A stretch of DNA of 64,000 nt from Bacillota bacterium (GTDB lineage: Bacteria; Bacillota_I; Bacilli_A; RF39; UBA660), in assembly GCA_015059195.1 (NCBI GenBank), contig SVAW01000002.1, forward strand, positions 31,304 to 95,303, written 5' to 3'. The notes below the pieces were generated by a model that saw nothing but the letters and a program-made list of their open reading frames with translations, was not told the DNA's origin and searched no databases. Below, piece after piece: positions 30,465 through 39,680 of the stretch; positions within the stretch are counted from its first letter, which is position 1, and each line of letters starts with the position of its first letter. The position numbers and the translations under genes are program-made.

Positions 30465-32141
30465 CTAACGTTGCTTATCTACTGAATCTTCACCCATTTC
30501 ATATGCGTTTTCTGAATCAGTAATTGATATTGGGCCTCCAAAGAATTCCTCCAATGTTTGATGAAGAGTTTTATCTTCTGTCTGTGTTCCTGATTGAGTC
30601 CCTTCTGTAACTACAGGTGCATCTTCCATAACCACACCTTCCGTAGGTGTATCCGGAGTAAGATCAACAACAGCACTTCCTTGTTCTGTATAATCTTTTA
30701 ACGCTATACCACTACCTAACGCAGTTCCAACCTCATCCCCATGTGAAATAGCTTCTCCCTGTACAATGTCAGAAATATTAGCTACGGATTCGCCAGGCGA
30801 CAATTCAACATTTTTTTCTACAGTATCTTCTCCTCCAAGAGTATCATCTACAATCGGATCTGAGTCTAAAGAATCTGAAGGACCTGATGGTACATCTGGT
30901 TTTGGAATCAACTCATCACTTTTATCTTCCCCATCAGGATCTGGAACAATATTCTGATCAGTATCTTGTTGAATATCTTCTTGATCACCTAAGGTAATGT
31001 CTTCTTCGTCATCACTATCAAATGGTTGCCCATGTATAGATACATCGTCATTACTAAACTCTATATAATCCAAAGTTGAAGTACATTGTTTTAGACCTAA
31101 TACAGCTAATAAGGCTAAAGCCGCTGCAATAAACTTTTTATAATGTTTTTGCAAAAACTCTTTAATTTTTCCAGTTTTCTTTTTTTCTATTAATTCTTCA
31201 CTAGAATCTTCAACTACAGCTTCACGTTCCTCATCCAATTCAGATGGAGTGGTAAGAGCAGCCTCATAGTCAACTTCTTCATCTTTTTTTGGTAATTCCA
31301 AAACCGGCATTGTTGTAAATGTTTCTGGTTCCTCTTCAACAACTGCTTCTGATTCTACTGCTGGCTCATCTTTTTTTCTTTCAGCATCTGCAATTAATCT
31401 ATCTAAAACTGCATAAGTATCAAAAGTAATATGTTCTTTTCTTGTTTGTAAAGCAAGTACTCCTGCTTGTAATCTTGCAAGCTCATCTTGATCTAAGCGT
31501 AATTGATGTCTGTTAATAATACTACTATTATTTTTTCTACTTTCTTTTACAGCTTTTAATCTGTCTTGTTTAGCAAGCAATATTTGTCTTTTTTTATTGT
31601 TAGCCTCAAGCAACTCACTATAATCTTGAACATCAGTAGCATATAGTTGTTGATACCCTTCAAATTCAACTTTGCGAGATTTTTTTACCTCTAATTCACT
31701 AGTTAATTCTTCCAACTCTTCAACACTTAATTGCATTCTTAAATTCTTACTAACAGCAATTTCATTTTTACGAAGTCTTCTTTCAATGGCCGCAATATCA
31801 GTATCTAATTGTGCTATATCATCAGAATAGCTATCATAAATACGTTGGCCTAAATCTTTTAGCTCTTCATATTCTTTATCTTCTCTATCTAGTGTTGCAA
31901 GTTGTTCTGCAAAAGATTCTTCTAATAATTCTTCAGTTAAATCTCTTGTTTCTTCATTAGGATTTTTGTACAAATAATTATCAAGACTAGCTATTTTTGC
32001 TTCTAATTCAGCAATTTGTTCTTCATAATCAGCTATAGTCGCATCTATTTCAGATACTTCTTGATCAATTTCAGCTCGAGGAGCTGAAGACGTTTGAGCT
32101 CTTAATTGTCTTAATAATTCAATTCTCTCTATATCTGTCAT
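30465..32141 (-). CDS. Coiled-coil membrane protein with an acidic low-complexity ectodomain
   Basis: The N-terminal 330 aa or so are heptad-rich and E/L/Q-rich. A single TM segment (KKFIAAALALLAVLGL) is followed by a D/E/T/P-rich C-terminal tail. Confidence 0.55.
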   Translation of the reverse strand: MTDIERIELLRQLRAQTSSAPRAEIDQEVSEIDATIADYEEQIAELEAKIASLDNYLYKNPNEETRDLTEELLEESFAEQLATLDREDKEYEELKDLGQRIYDSYSDDIAQLDTDIAAIERRLRKNEIAVSKNLRMQLSVEELEELTSELEVKKSRKVEFEGYQQLYATDVQDYSELLEANNKKRQILLAKQDRLKAVKESRKNNSSIINRHQLRLDQDELARLQAGVLALQTRKEHITFDTYAVLDRLIADAERKKDEPAVESEAVVEEEPETFTTMPVLELPKKDEEVDYEAALTTPSELDEEREAVVEDSSEELIEKKKTGKIKEFLQKHYKKFIAAALALLAVLGLKQCTSTLDYIEFSNDDVSIHGQPFDSDDEEDITLGDQEDIQQDTDQNIVPDPDGEDKSDELIPKPDVPSGPSDSLDSDPIVDDTLGGEDTVEKNVELSPGESVANISDIVQGEAISHGDEVGTALGSGIALKDYTEQGSAVVDLTPDTPTEGVVMEDAPVVTEGTQSGTQTEDKTLHQTLEEFFGGPISITDSENAYEMGEDSVDKQR

Positions 32142-32158
32142 ATATACCCTCCTTATTC

Positions 32159-33691
32159 TTACTTTCTATCCCTATATTGTAATTTTACTTGATATCTTAA
32201 ATTATCAGCTGTTTCAATATCCCTTAAGGTATTTACTTGATATCCTAAGGACTGATACTTAGCAATCAAATCAGCTTCACTTAAATAATCATCAACAATT
32301 GCTGTCCAATTGTTAGAATTAACATTTGTAACTCTTTTAAATACAACCTTTGTTCTTGTTTCAATTTCTCTAGTGTCAGCATAAGGTTTTGGCTGTGTTA
32401 GTTGATATTCTGTCCAACTTCCCCAGATACCTTCACCCACTTTTGTTGCTCCTTTTGAAGGTGATGTTGAATAATACTTACTTGTGGTTGTAGTTACTGT
32501 TTTATAATATCTAGATACTTCTATTTCTGTAGAACTATCTTTTACGGCACCATTAACTGGCGCTGTTAGATAGTAATTTTTTTCTCCACTCGCATTACTG
32601 CTTTTACTTGGATAATATTGTTTTGTAGTTGATTCAACTATATTTCCGCATTCAGTTTCATCATCATTTAAAAGTGTTCCCGCTGGGCATGTAATAGAAC
32701 AAACTGTACCTTCACCAACAATTTTACTTCCATCACAAGTGTATTGTCTTCCATATTCTTTCCAATCACTACCCTTTGATGAACAAGACTCTGTGAATGC
32801 TCCAAAGTTACCCTTAACACAATAATATCCTGAACCTTGTCTAAATTGTTCATATCCTGCCTCACATGGAGTAGTAGAATATTTCATTTCGCCATCATAA
32901 CAAATATACCTATATAAAGATGCTTTTGTTACTGTTGGATCTGCCTCTTTTTCCCAAACTTTATTAGAAACAGTTGTATACCATTTCCATCCAGTAGTAG
33001 TACCTTCTTTATTTGTATACTCACCACTTGGTGCACTTGCATAATACACTTTGTCATCAGAAGAATAGTATTTTTTAGTTGTAGTCTGCCACTTCCACAT
33101 TAAATCACGATAACGATAATATTGAGTGGAACTTATAGTTTGGTAATTAATGCCAGTTAGCTCATCTAACCAGGCTTCCTCTTCTTTAGTTGCATCATCT
33201 ACTGCACCTTCTTGGTGTTCTCCCTTAAATGTGAATCGAACATCTGATTTGTCAGCGACTAAATCACTTTCAAAGCCATCTTTCCATACTGTGAAATTAT
33301 CATCAGCCATAGCTTCACCACACTGTAATACTGGAACATAATGATAGTTTCCACTTTCTAATTTGCATACTTTTACATATGTCTTATCATTATTGCAAGT
33401 AACATAGTCTTCACTTGAAAGTAAATTTTTATTTACAAGAGTTCCTAAAGTAACTGTAGAACATTCTCCCTTTGCTTGTGGCAACAAATTAACACCTGAA
33501 CTATAGTATTCTTTTCCAGCTTCTAATAAACTGCGTTCTAAATCCTCATTCTTATTATTTAATACACAACCTTTTACTAATAAAAACACAATAAGCGCTA
33601 AAATTAAGCCACCTAGAATCATTAATATTAATTTGGGCCAATTCTTTTCTTCCCCTCTATCTTTATAATATCCTTCACCATTCATGTTCAT
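32159..33691 (-). CDS. N-terminally anchored Cys-rich surface protein (paralog family with 15578-16678)
   Basis: TM anchor, then LEAGKEYYSSGVNLLPQAKGECSTVTLGTLVNKNLLS...HYVPVLQCGE, followed by a Y/T/K/C-rich region. Confidence 0.55.
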   Translation of the reverse strand: MNMNGEGYYKDRGEEKNWPKLILMILGGLILALIVFLLVKGCVLNNKNEDLERSLLEAGKEYYSSGVNLLPQAKGECSTVTLGTLVNKNLLSSEDYVTCNNDKTYVKVCKLESGNYHYVPVLQCGEAMADDNFTVWKDGFESDLVADKSDVRFTFKGEHQEGAVDDATKEEEAWLDELTGINYQTISSTQYYRYRDLMWKWQTTTKKYYSSDDKVYYASAPSGEYTNKEGTTTGWKWYTTVSNKVWEKEADPTVTKASLYRYICYDGEMKYSTTPCEAGYEQFRQGSGYYCVKGNFGAFTESCSSKGSDWKEYGRQYTCDGSKIVGEGTVCSITCPAGTLLNDDETECGNIVESTTKQYYPSKSSNASGEKNYYLTAPVNGAVKDSSTEIEVSRYYKTVTTTTSKYYSTSPSKGATKVGEGIWGSWTEYQLTQPKPYADTREIETRTKVVFKRVTNVNSNNWTAIVDDYLSEADLIAKYQSLGYQVNTLRDIETADNLRYQVKLQYRDRK

Positions 33692-33746
33692 AACCTCCCT
33701 AGTATTAAAAAAATTATACCATTTATGTATAATTTTTTCAACAATA

Positions 33747-34187
33747 TTAATAATTATTTTTAAAATCTCTACTAATTTCGCGTTTTATATCGCGTTCCTT
33801 AATAGATTCTCTTTTATCATAATTTTTCTTACCCCTACAGATTCCTAAAGAAACCTTTAAAATGCCGCGATTAAAATACATTTTTAAAGGCACTAATGTA
33901 TATCCATTTAGAGTGATTTTTTCTTTTAATTTTAATATTTCTTTTTTATTTAACAATAATTTTCTAGTACGATTCTCATTATGATTAAATACACCTGCAT
34001 TTTCATAGTGACTAATATGCGCATTAAGTAAAAAAGCTTCATTATTTTTTATAATAGCATAACTATCTTTAATATTAGCACCGTTTTCCCTTATAGACTT
34101 AATCTCAGTTCCGGTTAAAACTATCCCAGCTTCAACAGTTTCTAAAACAAAATAATCATGATATGCTTTTCTGTTGTTAATTTCCAT
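33747..34187 (-). CDS. smpB: SsrA-binding protein SmpB
   Basis: NRKAYHDYFVLETVEAGIVLTGTEIKSIR and the basic C-terminal tail. The likely start is MEINNRKA at 34187. The longer track ORF overlaps rnr. Confidence 0.93.
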   Translation of the reverse strand: MEINNRKAYHDYFVLETVEAGIVLTGTEIKSIRENGANIKDSYAIIKNNEAFLLNAHISHYENAGVFNHNENRTRKLLLNKKEILKLKEKITLNGYTLVPLKMYFNRGILKVSLGICRGKKNYDKRESIKERDIKREISRDFKNNY

Positions 34188-36300
34188 TAGTTTCACCTTC
34201 ATTAGAATTTGCCAGCACAAAATCAATTGTCTTAGCCTCTTTATTTGCAGCCTTTACTCTAACTCTTAATCGATCACCTAGTCGATACCCTCTCTTATTA
34301 TTCTTTCCTCTTAAACTAAATGTTTCCTCATCGAACACATAATAGTCATCCGTCAAATCATCCAAGCGAACTAATCCTTCTACTAAATTATCTAATTCAA
34401 TAAACATTCCGAAATTAGTCACTGTGTTTACAATGCCATCATATTCTTCACCAATATGGTCCATCATATATTCAGCCATCTTCATATCATCAACTTCTCG
34501 TTCACATTCAACTGCAGCCCTCTCTGCTTCTGAAGTGTGTTGGCCAATAACAATTAATTTACCTTCTAAATAATTGATGGTATCTCGATCCATTTGATGT
34601 AAAAATAAGTATTTTCTAAGTAAACGATGTACAGTTGTATCAGGATATCTTCGTATTGGAGATGTGAAGTGAGTGTAACATTTACTTCCTAAACCAAAGT
34701 GCCCAATATTAGTTTTATCATAAACCGCTTTCTGCATGCTTCTTAATAAAAAGGCAGATAAAATATGAAATTCTTTCTTTTCTTTTAATTGGAACAAGAT
34801 ATCTTGTAATACGATTGGTGTAATTTCTTTACCTTTCATTTTAACATTATATCCAAGCACACTTACAAATTTTAAGAAATTATTAATTTTTTCTTCATTA
34901 GGTTCCCCATGAATACGATAGAGAAAAGGCAACTCCATAAAATGAACATGTGTTGCAACAGTTTCATTTGCTGCAATCATAAAATCTTCTATTAGTTTTT
35001 CCCCAACTCCACGATTTCTTTTTACAACATCAATAGCTTTTCCGTCTTCGTTAACAATTATTTTAGCTTCATCTAAATCAAAATCAATATATCCTCTCTT
35101 TTCTTTCATCTTGCGAAGAATTTTGGCAAGCTCTGCCATTAATTGCAATTTTTCTACATAAGGTTCATATTCTGTGTCAATAATATTTTCTTCCAAAATT
35201 TTATTTACTTTCTTATAAGTCATTTGGATTCTAGATTTAATTACACTTTCAAAAATATCATAGCTAACTGTATTACCATTTTCATCAATTTCCATAACAC
35301 AAGACATTGCTAATCTATCCACATTAGGATTAAGAGAACAAATACCATTAGACAACTTATGTGGTAACATAGGGATTACTCGATCTGCCAAATAAACGCT
35401 TGTTCCCCTTAAATATGCTTCTTCATCTATTTTGGAGCCTTCTTCTACATAATAGCTAACATCTGCTATATGAACGCCGAGCTTGTAATGACCGTTTTCT
35501 AGTTTTTCAATTGAAATCGCATCGTCTATATCCTTAGTATCGTCACCATCTATCGTAAATATTACTTCTTCCCTTAAGTCAACTCTTCCTTTTAGTTCTT
35601 CTTCAGATACACTATCAGGGATTTCATCTAATTCAGCTATAACTTCATCAGAAAAAGTATCTGGAATATCATACTTAGCTACTATCGATAGAATGTCTAC
35701 CCCCGGATCATTCTTATGTCCTAATATGCGCACAACTTCTCCACGATAATTATTATCTTTCATTTTATTGGTAACTTTAACCAAAACCTTATGACCAGGC
35801 ATGGCTCCTAATGTTTTTGCCTTATCAATTTGAATATTAATTTTTACCTTTTCATCATCTAAATCTACACATGGGGTTCCATATTGATCATTATATAACT
35901 CACCTACCATGTGTTTTAATTTACGACTAATAATTTTTACAATTCTTCCTTCCATCTGAAGACCTTTTTTAGTAATAATTTCTACAACTACATCATCACC
36001 ATGTATTGCGTTATTCATATTGGTAGGTGCTACAAAAACATCCTCAGGTCCTTCTATATCAACAAACCCAAATCCCTTCTTATTTGCAATCATCTTGCCT
36101 ATTTTTAAATTGCTATTATTAAATAATAAATATCTATCTTTTTTAGTACGATATACTTTTAATGACTCTTCCATAGTATTTAATGTTTTTATAAGTTCTT
36201 TTAATTCTTCTACAGAACTAAAACCTAACATATCATTTATTTCATGGATATCTAGAGCTTTATCATGGCTTTTTAATATTTCTAAAATTTTCTCTTCCAT
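34177..36300 (-). CDS. rnr: Ribonuclease R
   Basis: RNB domain (DGDDTKDIDDAISIE, HFGL...YTHFTSPIRRYPD) and a C-terminal S1 domain. Confidence 0.96.
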   Translation of the reverse strand: MEEKILEILKSHDKALDIHEINDMLGFSSVEELKELIKTLNTMEESLKVYRTKKDRYLLFNNSNLKIGKMIANKKGFGFVDIEGPEDVFVAPTNMNNAIHGDDVVVEIITKKGLQMEGRIVKIISRKLKHMVGELYNDQYGTPCVDLDDEKVKINIQIDKAKTLGAMPGHKVLVKVTNKMKDNNYRGEVVRILGHKNDPGVDILSIVAKYDIPDTFSDEVIAELDEIPDSVSEEELKGRVDLREEVIFTIDGDDTKDIDDAISIEKLENGHYKLGVHIADVSYYVEEGSKIDEEAYLRGTSVYLADRVIPMLPHKLSNGICSLNPNVDRLAMSCVMEIDENGNTVSYDIFESVIKSRIQMTYKKVNKILEENIIDTEYEPYVEKLQLMAELAKILRKMKEKRGYIDFDLDEAKIIVNEDGKAIDVVKRNRGVGEKLIEDFMIAANETVATHVHFMELPFLYRIHGEPNEEKINNFLKFVSVLGYNVKMKGKEITPIVLQDILFQLKEKKEFHILSAFLLRSMQKAVYDKTNIGHFGLGSKCYTHFTSPIRRYPDTTVHRLLRKYLFLHQMDRDTINYLEGKLIVIGQHTSEAERAAVECEREVDDMKMAEYMMDHIGEEYDGIVNTVTNFGMFIELDNLVEGLVRLDDLTDDYYVFDEETFSLRGKNNKRGYRLGDRLRVRVKAANKEAKTIDFVLANSNEGETNGN

Positions 36301-36423
36301 CCTACTCCACCTCTATTATTATTATAGATGATTTAAAAATAAAAATATAGTATTTAACGTAAATTTTACATTTTAATCTTTATTTTTTCTACATATGTGT
36401 TATAATTAAAATAGGTGATTTAA

Positions 36424-37578
36424 ATGAAAAAATTTTTATTCATGGCTTTTTTATTAATGTTTCTAGCAATACCTATTAATGTAATTGCTAAATATGATGA
36501 TGATTGGTTTGAACATGATTTTCAAGGGGTATACTGCACATATCATTCAGCAGCTGTTAATATTGATATTTGTGGTACTAACTTAATGATAGTTTATTCA
36601 GATAATAGAAAAGAGGTTGCTACTGAAGGATGTAATCCCGTTGACCTAAGAGAAGACGGTGGCTATAAGAATGCGGTAGTTTTAGATGATGATTTAGTTG
36701 ATGCTTTCAAAGACAACCCATTTGAGTGTCCTGAAACCATATACGTATATGGTATAAAACCTTCAAATCCGGGTGATACTGTAGAGAATCATTTTACTTT
36801 GCGAAGTACAAATACTTGGGGAGGTGGAATGTATGATCCAACCGAAGTTCAGTTATTAGATAAAGCAGTAGTAAAAAAAGAAGAAAATCAGTTAACATGT
36901 GTTGTTCCATATAATGGTGGATATTATATGGATCATTTGACCCAGGTTTCATTCAGTCATACATTTATATATGTTCTTAATACCCAGACTAAGTCAATTA
37001 GTGAATTTAAATCCCCTGGTTTGCTTAGTTATTCTTTTACTAATAAATTAACTTTTGATGATATTGTTGAAACTACTGGTTCAACATATAAATGCAGAAC
37101 AAACATTGAAAATTTGCAATTAGATTTTGTTGACTATAACGAGGCCTCAGGTGTAATATCTTTAGACATTACAATAGGTGGAAGAACAGATCCTCTCCCT
37201 CCAAACCCAGGAGATCACGCAACAGAAGATGATTTTATTGGTAACCTTACTTGTGGGAATACGTCTTTCAAATTCCATAAAAGTTTACCTAATTTCACAA
37301 ATGTAATTTTTGATTTATTAAAAATTGCAACACCAGTAATTGTTATTATTACGGGTATGTTAGATATGTTTAAAGCAGTAGCCGCTCAAAAAGAGGATGA
37401 AATAAAGAAAGGACAACAAAAGCTTTTAAGACGTTTATTAGCAGGTGCCATTGTATTCTTAGTATTTGTTATAGTTGAAACTGCTATCCATGCATTTGCT
37501 GAAGCCAACGATGCACAAAACGCAATGGATTGTGTAGACTGTTTCTTAGTTGATTCTAATAGCTGTACGAATAGCTAA
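36424..37578 (+). CDS. Secreted Cys-rich protein with a C-terminal VirB2-like two-helix membrane module
   Basis: Signal peptide MKKFLFMAFLLMFLAIPINVIA, a Cys-containing ectodomain of about 250 aa and a Pro-rich linker. The C-terminal part then reads LTCGNTSF...LLKIATPVIVIITGMLDMFKAVAAQKEDEIKKGQQKLLRRLLAGAIVFLVFVIVE...MDCVDCF (about 37246-37578). This part is highly similar to the ORFs at 48798-49552. An extended -10 (TGTTATAAT) and the RBS AGGTGA lie upstream. Confidence 0.65.
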   Translation: MKKFLFMAFLLMFLAIPINVIAKYDDDWFEHDFQGVYCTYHSAAVNIDICGTNLMIVYSDNRKEVATEGCNPVDLREDGGYKNAVVLDDDLVDAFKDNPFECPETIYVYGIKPSNPGDTVENHFTLRSTNTWGGGMYDPTEVQLLDKAVVKKEENQLTCVVPYNGGYYMDHLTQVSFSHTFIYVLNTQTKSISEFKSPGLLSYSFTNKLTFDDIVETTGSTYKCRTNIENLQLDFVDYNEASGVISLDITIGGRTDPLPPNPGDHATEDDFIGNLTCGNTSFKFHKSLPNFTNVIFDLLKIATPVIVIITGMLDMFKAVAAQKEDEIKKGQQKLLRRLLAGAIVFLVFVIVETAIHAFAEANDAQNAMDCVDCFLVDSNSCTNS

Positions 37579-37629
37579 AAAAACACACATAAAAAAAATG
37601 TAATCTAAACTAAAGATTACATTTTTTTA

Positions 37630-38199
37630 TTAATCATTATTTTCTGACAATTTATATATATAAGGAATTACTATTAAAATACTACCCATAAATGCACAAA
37701 TAATATCTTTCATTGTATCTCTAACACCTGTTTCCAAAGCTCTCTGTGCATTACCGCCTAATAAACTGTCTGCTGTAAATTCAAATATCTCCCATCCTGC
37801 CGCAATCATTAACGATATTGAAAACATAAATAAAATATTAAAGGCAATACTCTTCTTATTATATTTATTGAATAAGACTAATAAATATATTGCTAATAAA
37901 GCTGAAAGAATCCCAGAAATAAAATGCACAAATGAATCATACCAACTAATTATTCCATAAAAATGCATAACACTACCTAATAATTGTGCTAAAAATATAA
38001 ATATCAAAAACAGTAATTCTGCTAGATCAATTATCTTAATTTTAAATATTTTTTTAATAATTGTTGGTAAAAAAACAATTATATATAGTGACAAAGAAAC
38101 TAATATATTAGAATCAAATTTGCCTAATACAGTTAATGTTAAAAATAACGTATTTAAAATCAACATAACTAATATAATTAATCTATTCAGTTTTTTCAT
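37630..38199 (-). CDS. Integral membrane protein
   Basis: About 6 hydrophobic helices. It overlaps the rmuC stop, which suggests operon coupling. Confidence 0.45.
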   Translation of the reverse strand: MKKLNRLIILVMLILNTLFLTLTVLGKFDSNILVSLSLYIIVFLPTIIKKIFKIKIIDLAELLFLIFIFLAQLLGSVMHFYGIISWYDSFVHFISGILSALLAIYLLVLFNKYNKKSIAFNILFMFSISLMIAAGWEIFEFTADSLLGGNAQRALETGVRDTMKDIICAFMGSILIVIPYIYKLSENND

Positions 38200-39274
38200 A
38201 AGTTATCTCTTCCATTTCTACTTGATTAATACTATTAAATCTTTTGGTAATTTTATCTGTAGTAGTGTGAATATCTTTCACATCTTTTGAAACTGTTTCA
38301 ATACTACGATACAGTTTATCCCATCTATCTTTATAACGCTTAAACTCCTCATCTAATAATCTTAACTCTTGGTGAATAACTTTTGTATATTTATCACGTT
38401 CAATATTTTTAATTAATATTTGAAGTGTAGTTAATGTACTTATTAATGTGGTTGGAGAAGTTATCCATACTTTTCGTTTATATGCGTAGTCAATAAGATC
38501 TTGATGATAGGCATTAATTTCTGCAAATATTGCTTCAGCTGGCAAAAACAAAATTGCTTGATCTGTAGTCTCACCTGGAATAATATACTTATTAGCAATA
38601 GCATCCACATGCTTCTTTATATCTGCTTTAAACAATTTTTCAGCATTATTTCTAACATTTGCATCATAATTTTTATCCACCATAATTTGGTAATTTTCTA
38701 AAGGAAATTTAGAATCTATCGCAATTTTACCTAAAGGTTCTGGTGCAAATAACACACAATCTGCAATAACTCCATTATCAAAAGGATATTGTAACTGATA
38801 AATGTGTTTATTATTGTCACCAAATACACTACTTAAAATATGCTTCAAATTGATTTCTCCAAATATACCTCTAGATTTTTTATCTGTTAATACGCTTTGT
38901 AAAGATACTATGTCATTGGATAAAGTGTCAATTTTCTTTTGTGCCTCATCTATTTTACTTAATCTCTCTAAAACAGAAGTAAAAGTTCTGTTTGTCTTTT
39001 CAAAGTTCTCATCCAATCTTTCATTTACTTTATCATTAATAAATCTAAGTCTGGTGTCAATCTGATCATTAAGCTTTGTAAAATCATCACTCAAATCTCG
39101 ACTAAGTCCGTTTTTAAACTCCCCTATTTCTTTCACCATACTAGTTTCCAGTTTACTCAGTCTTTCAGAAATGTTAGATTCATTGATATTTTTCATTAAT
39201 GAGATAACACTTATTATCATAATTATTATAAGCATTACGATTATTATATATTCCATTCTATCACCTATATTCAT
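38183..39274 (-). CDS. rmuC: DNA recombination protein RmuC
   Basis: N-terminal TM segment plus coiled coil, and a conserved C-terminal region (SRGIFGEINLKHIL...DCVLF...AILFLPAEAIFAEI). Confidence 0.85.
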   Translation of the reverse strand: MNIGDRMEYIIIVMLIIIMIISVISLMKNINESNISERLSKLETSMVKEIGEFKNGLSRDLSDDFTKLNDQIDTRLRFINDKVNERLDENFEKTNRTFTSVLERLSKIDEAQKKIDTLSNDIVSLQSVLTDKKSRGIFGEINLKHILSSVFGDNNKHIYQLQYPFDNGVIADCVLFAPEPLGKIAIDSKFPLENYQIMVDKNYDANVRNNAEKLFKADIKKHVDAIANKYIIPGETTDQAILFLPAEAIFAEINAYHQDLIDYAYKRKVWITSPTTLISTLTTLQILIKNIERDKYTKVIHQELRLLDEEFKRYKDRWDKLYRSIETVSKDVKDIHTTTDKITKRFNSINQVEMEEITYEKTE

Positions 39275-39319
39275 TATAACCTTTTTATAAAAAAAAGAAA
39301 ATAAGATATTATAATTATC

Positions 39320-39607
39320 TTACTTATCTAAAATCCAAGCCTCGTACCCACCTATTATATTCTTAGTGCTATACCCTAAAGAATTTAATATTTGACATAC
39401 TTTTAAGCTTTTATGACCTTTTTGGCAATATATATAATATATATCGCTCTTGTTTAAATATTTGTCTGGTTTAGATATCAATACTTCAAATGGGATATTT
39501 TTTGAGCCCGGAATGTGATTATTATTGTAACTAGCAATACTTCTAATATCTATTATACTAGCCGTGTGAACTATCTTCTTTAAATCCCTAATAGATATAT
39601 TAAACAT
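39320..39607 (-). CDS. Rhodanese-domain protein
   Basis: Active-site loop YCQKGHKS in a 95-aa single rhodanese domain. Confidence 0.8.
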   Translation of the reverse strand: MFNISIRDLKKIVHTASIIDIRSIASYNNNHIPGSKNIPFEVLISKPDKYLNKSDIYYIYCQKGHKSLKVCQILNSLGYSTKNIIGGYEAWILDK

Positions 39608-39649
39608 ACTATCACCTAAAATATTATATGTATATCCAACAAATATGAC

Positions 39650-39680
39650 AAAAATTAAAAGGATGAATTTTATTCATCCT
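39650..39680 (-). terminator. Intrinsic terminator ending the Tad/T4SS cluster
   Basis: The minus strand has AGGATGAAT-AAA-ATTCATCCT followed by TTTTAATTTTT. The virD4-like stop codon lies in the loop. Confidence 0.7.

Noticed and set aside
38183-39607. rmuC and the rhodanese gene as functional parts (DNA processing) of the T4SS cluster
   Set aside because: A good intrinsic terminator (39650-39680) separates them from virD4. They are common housekeeping genes. Adjacency alone is not enough evidence.
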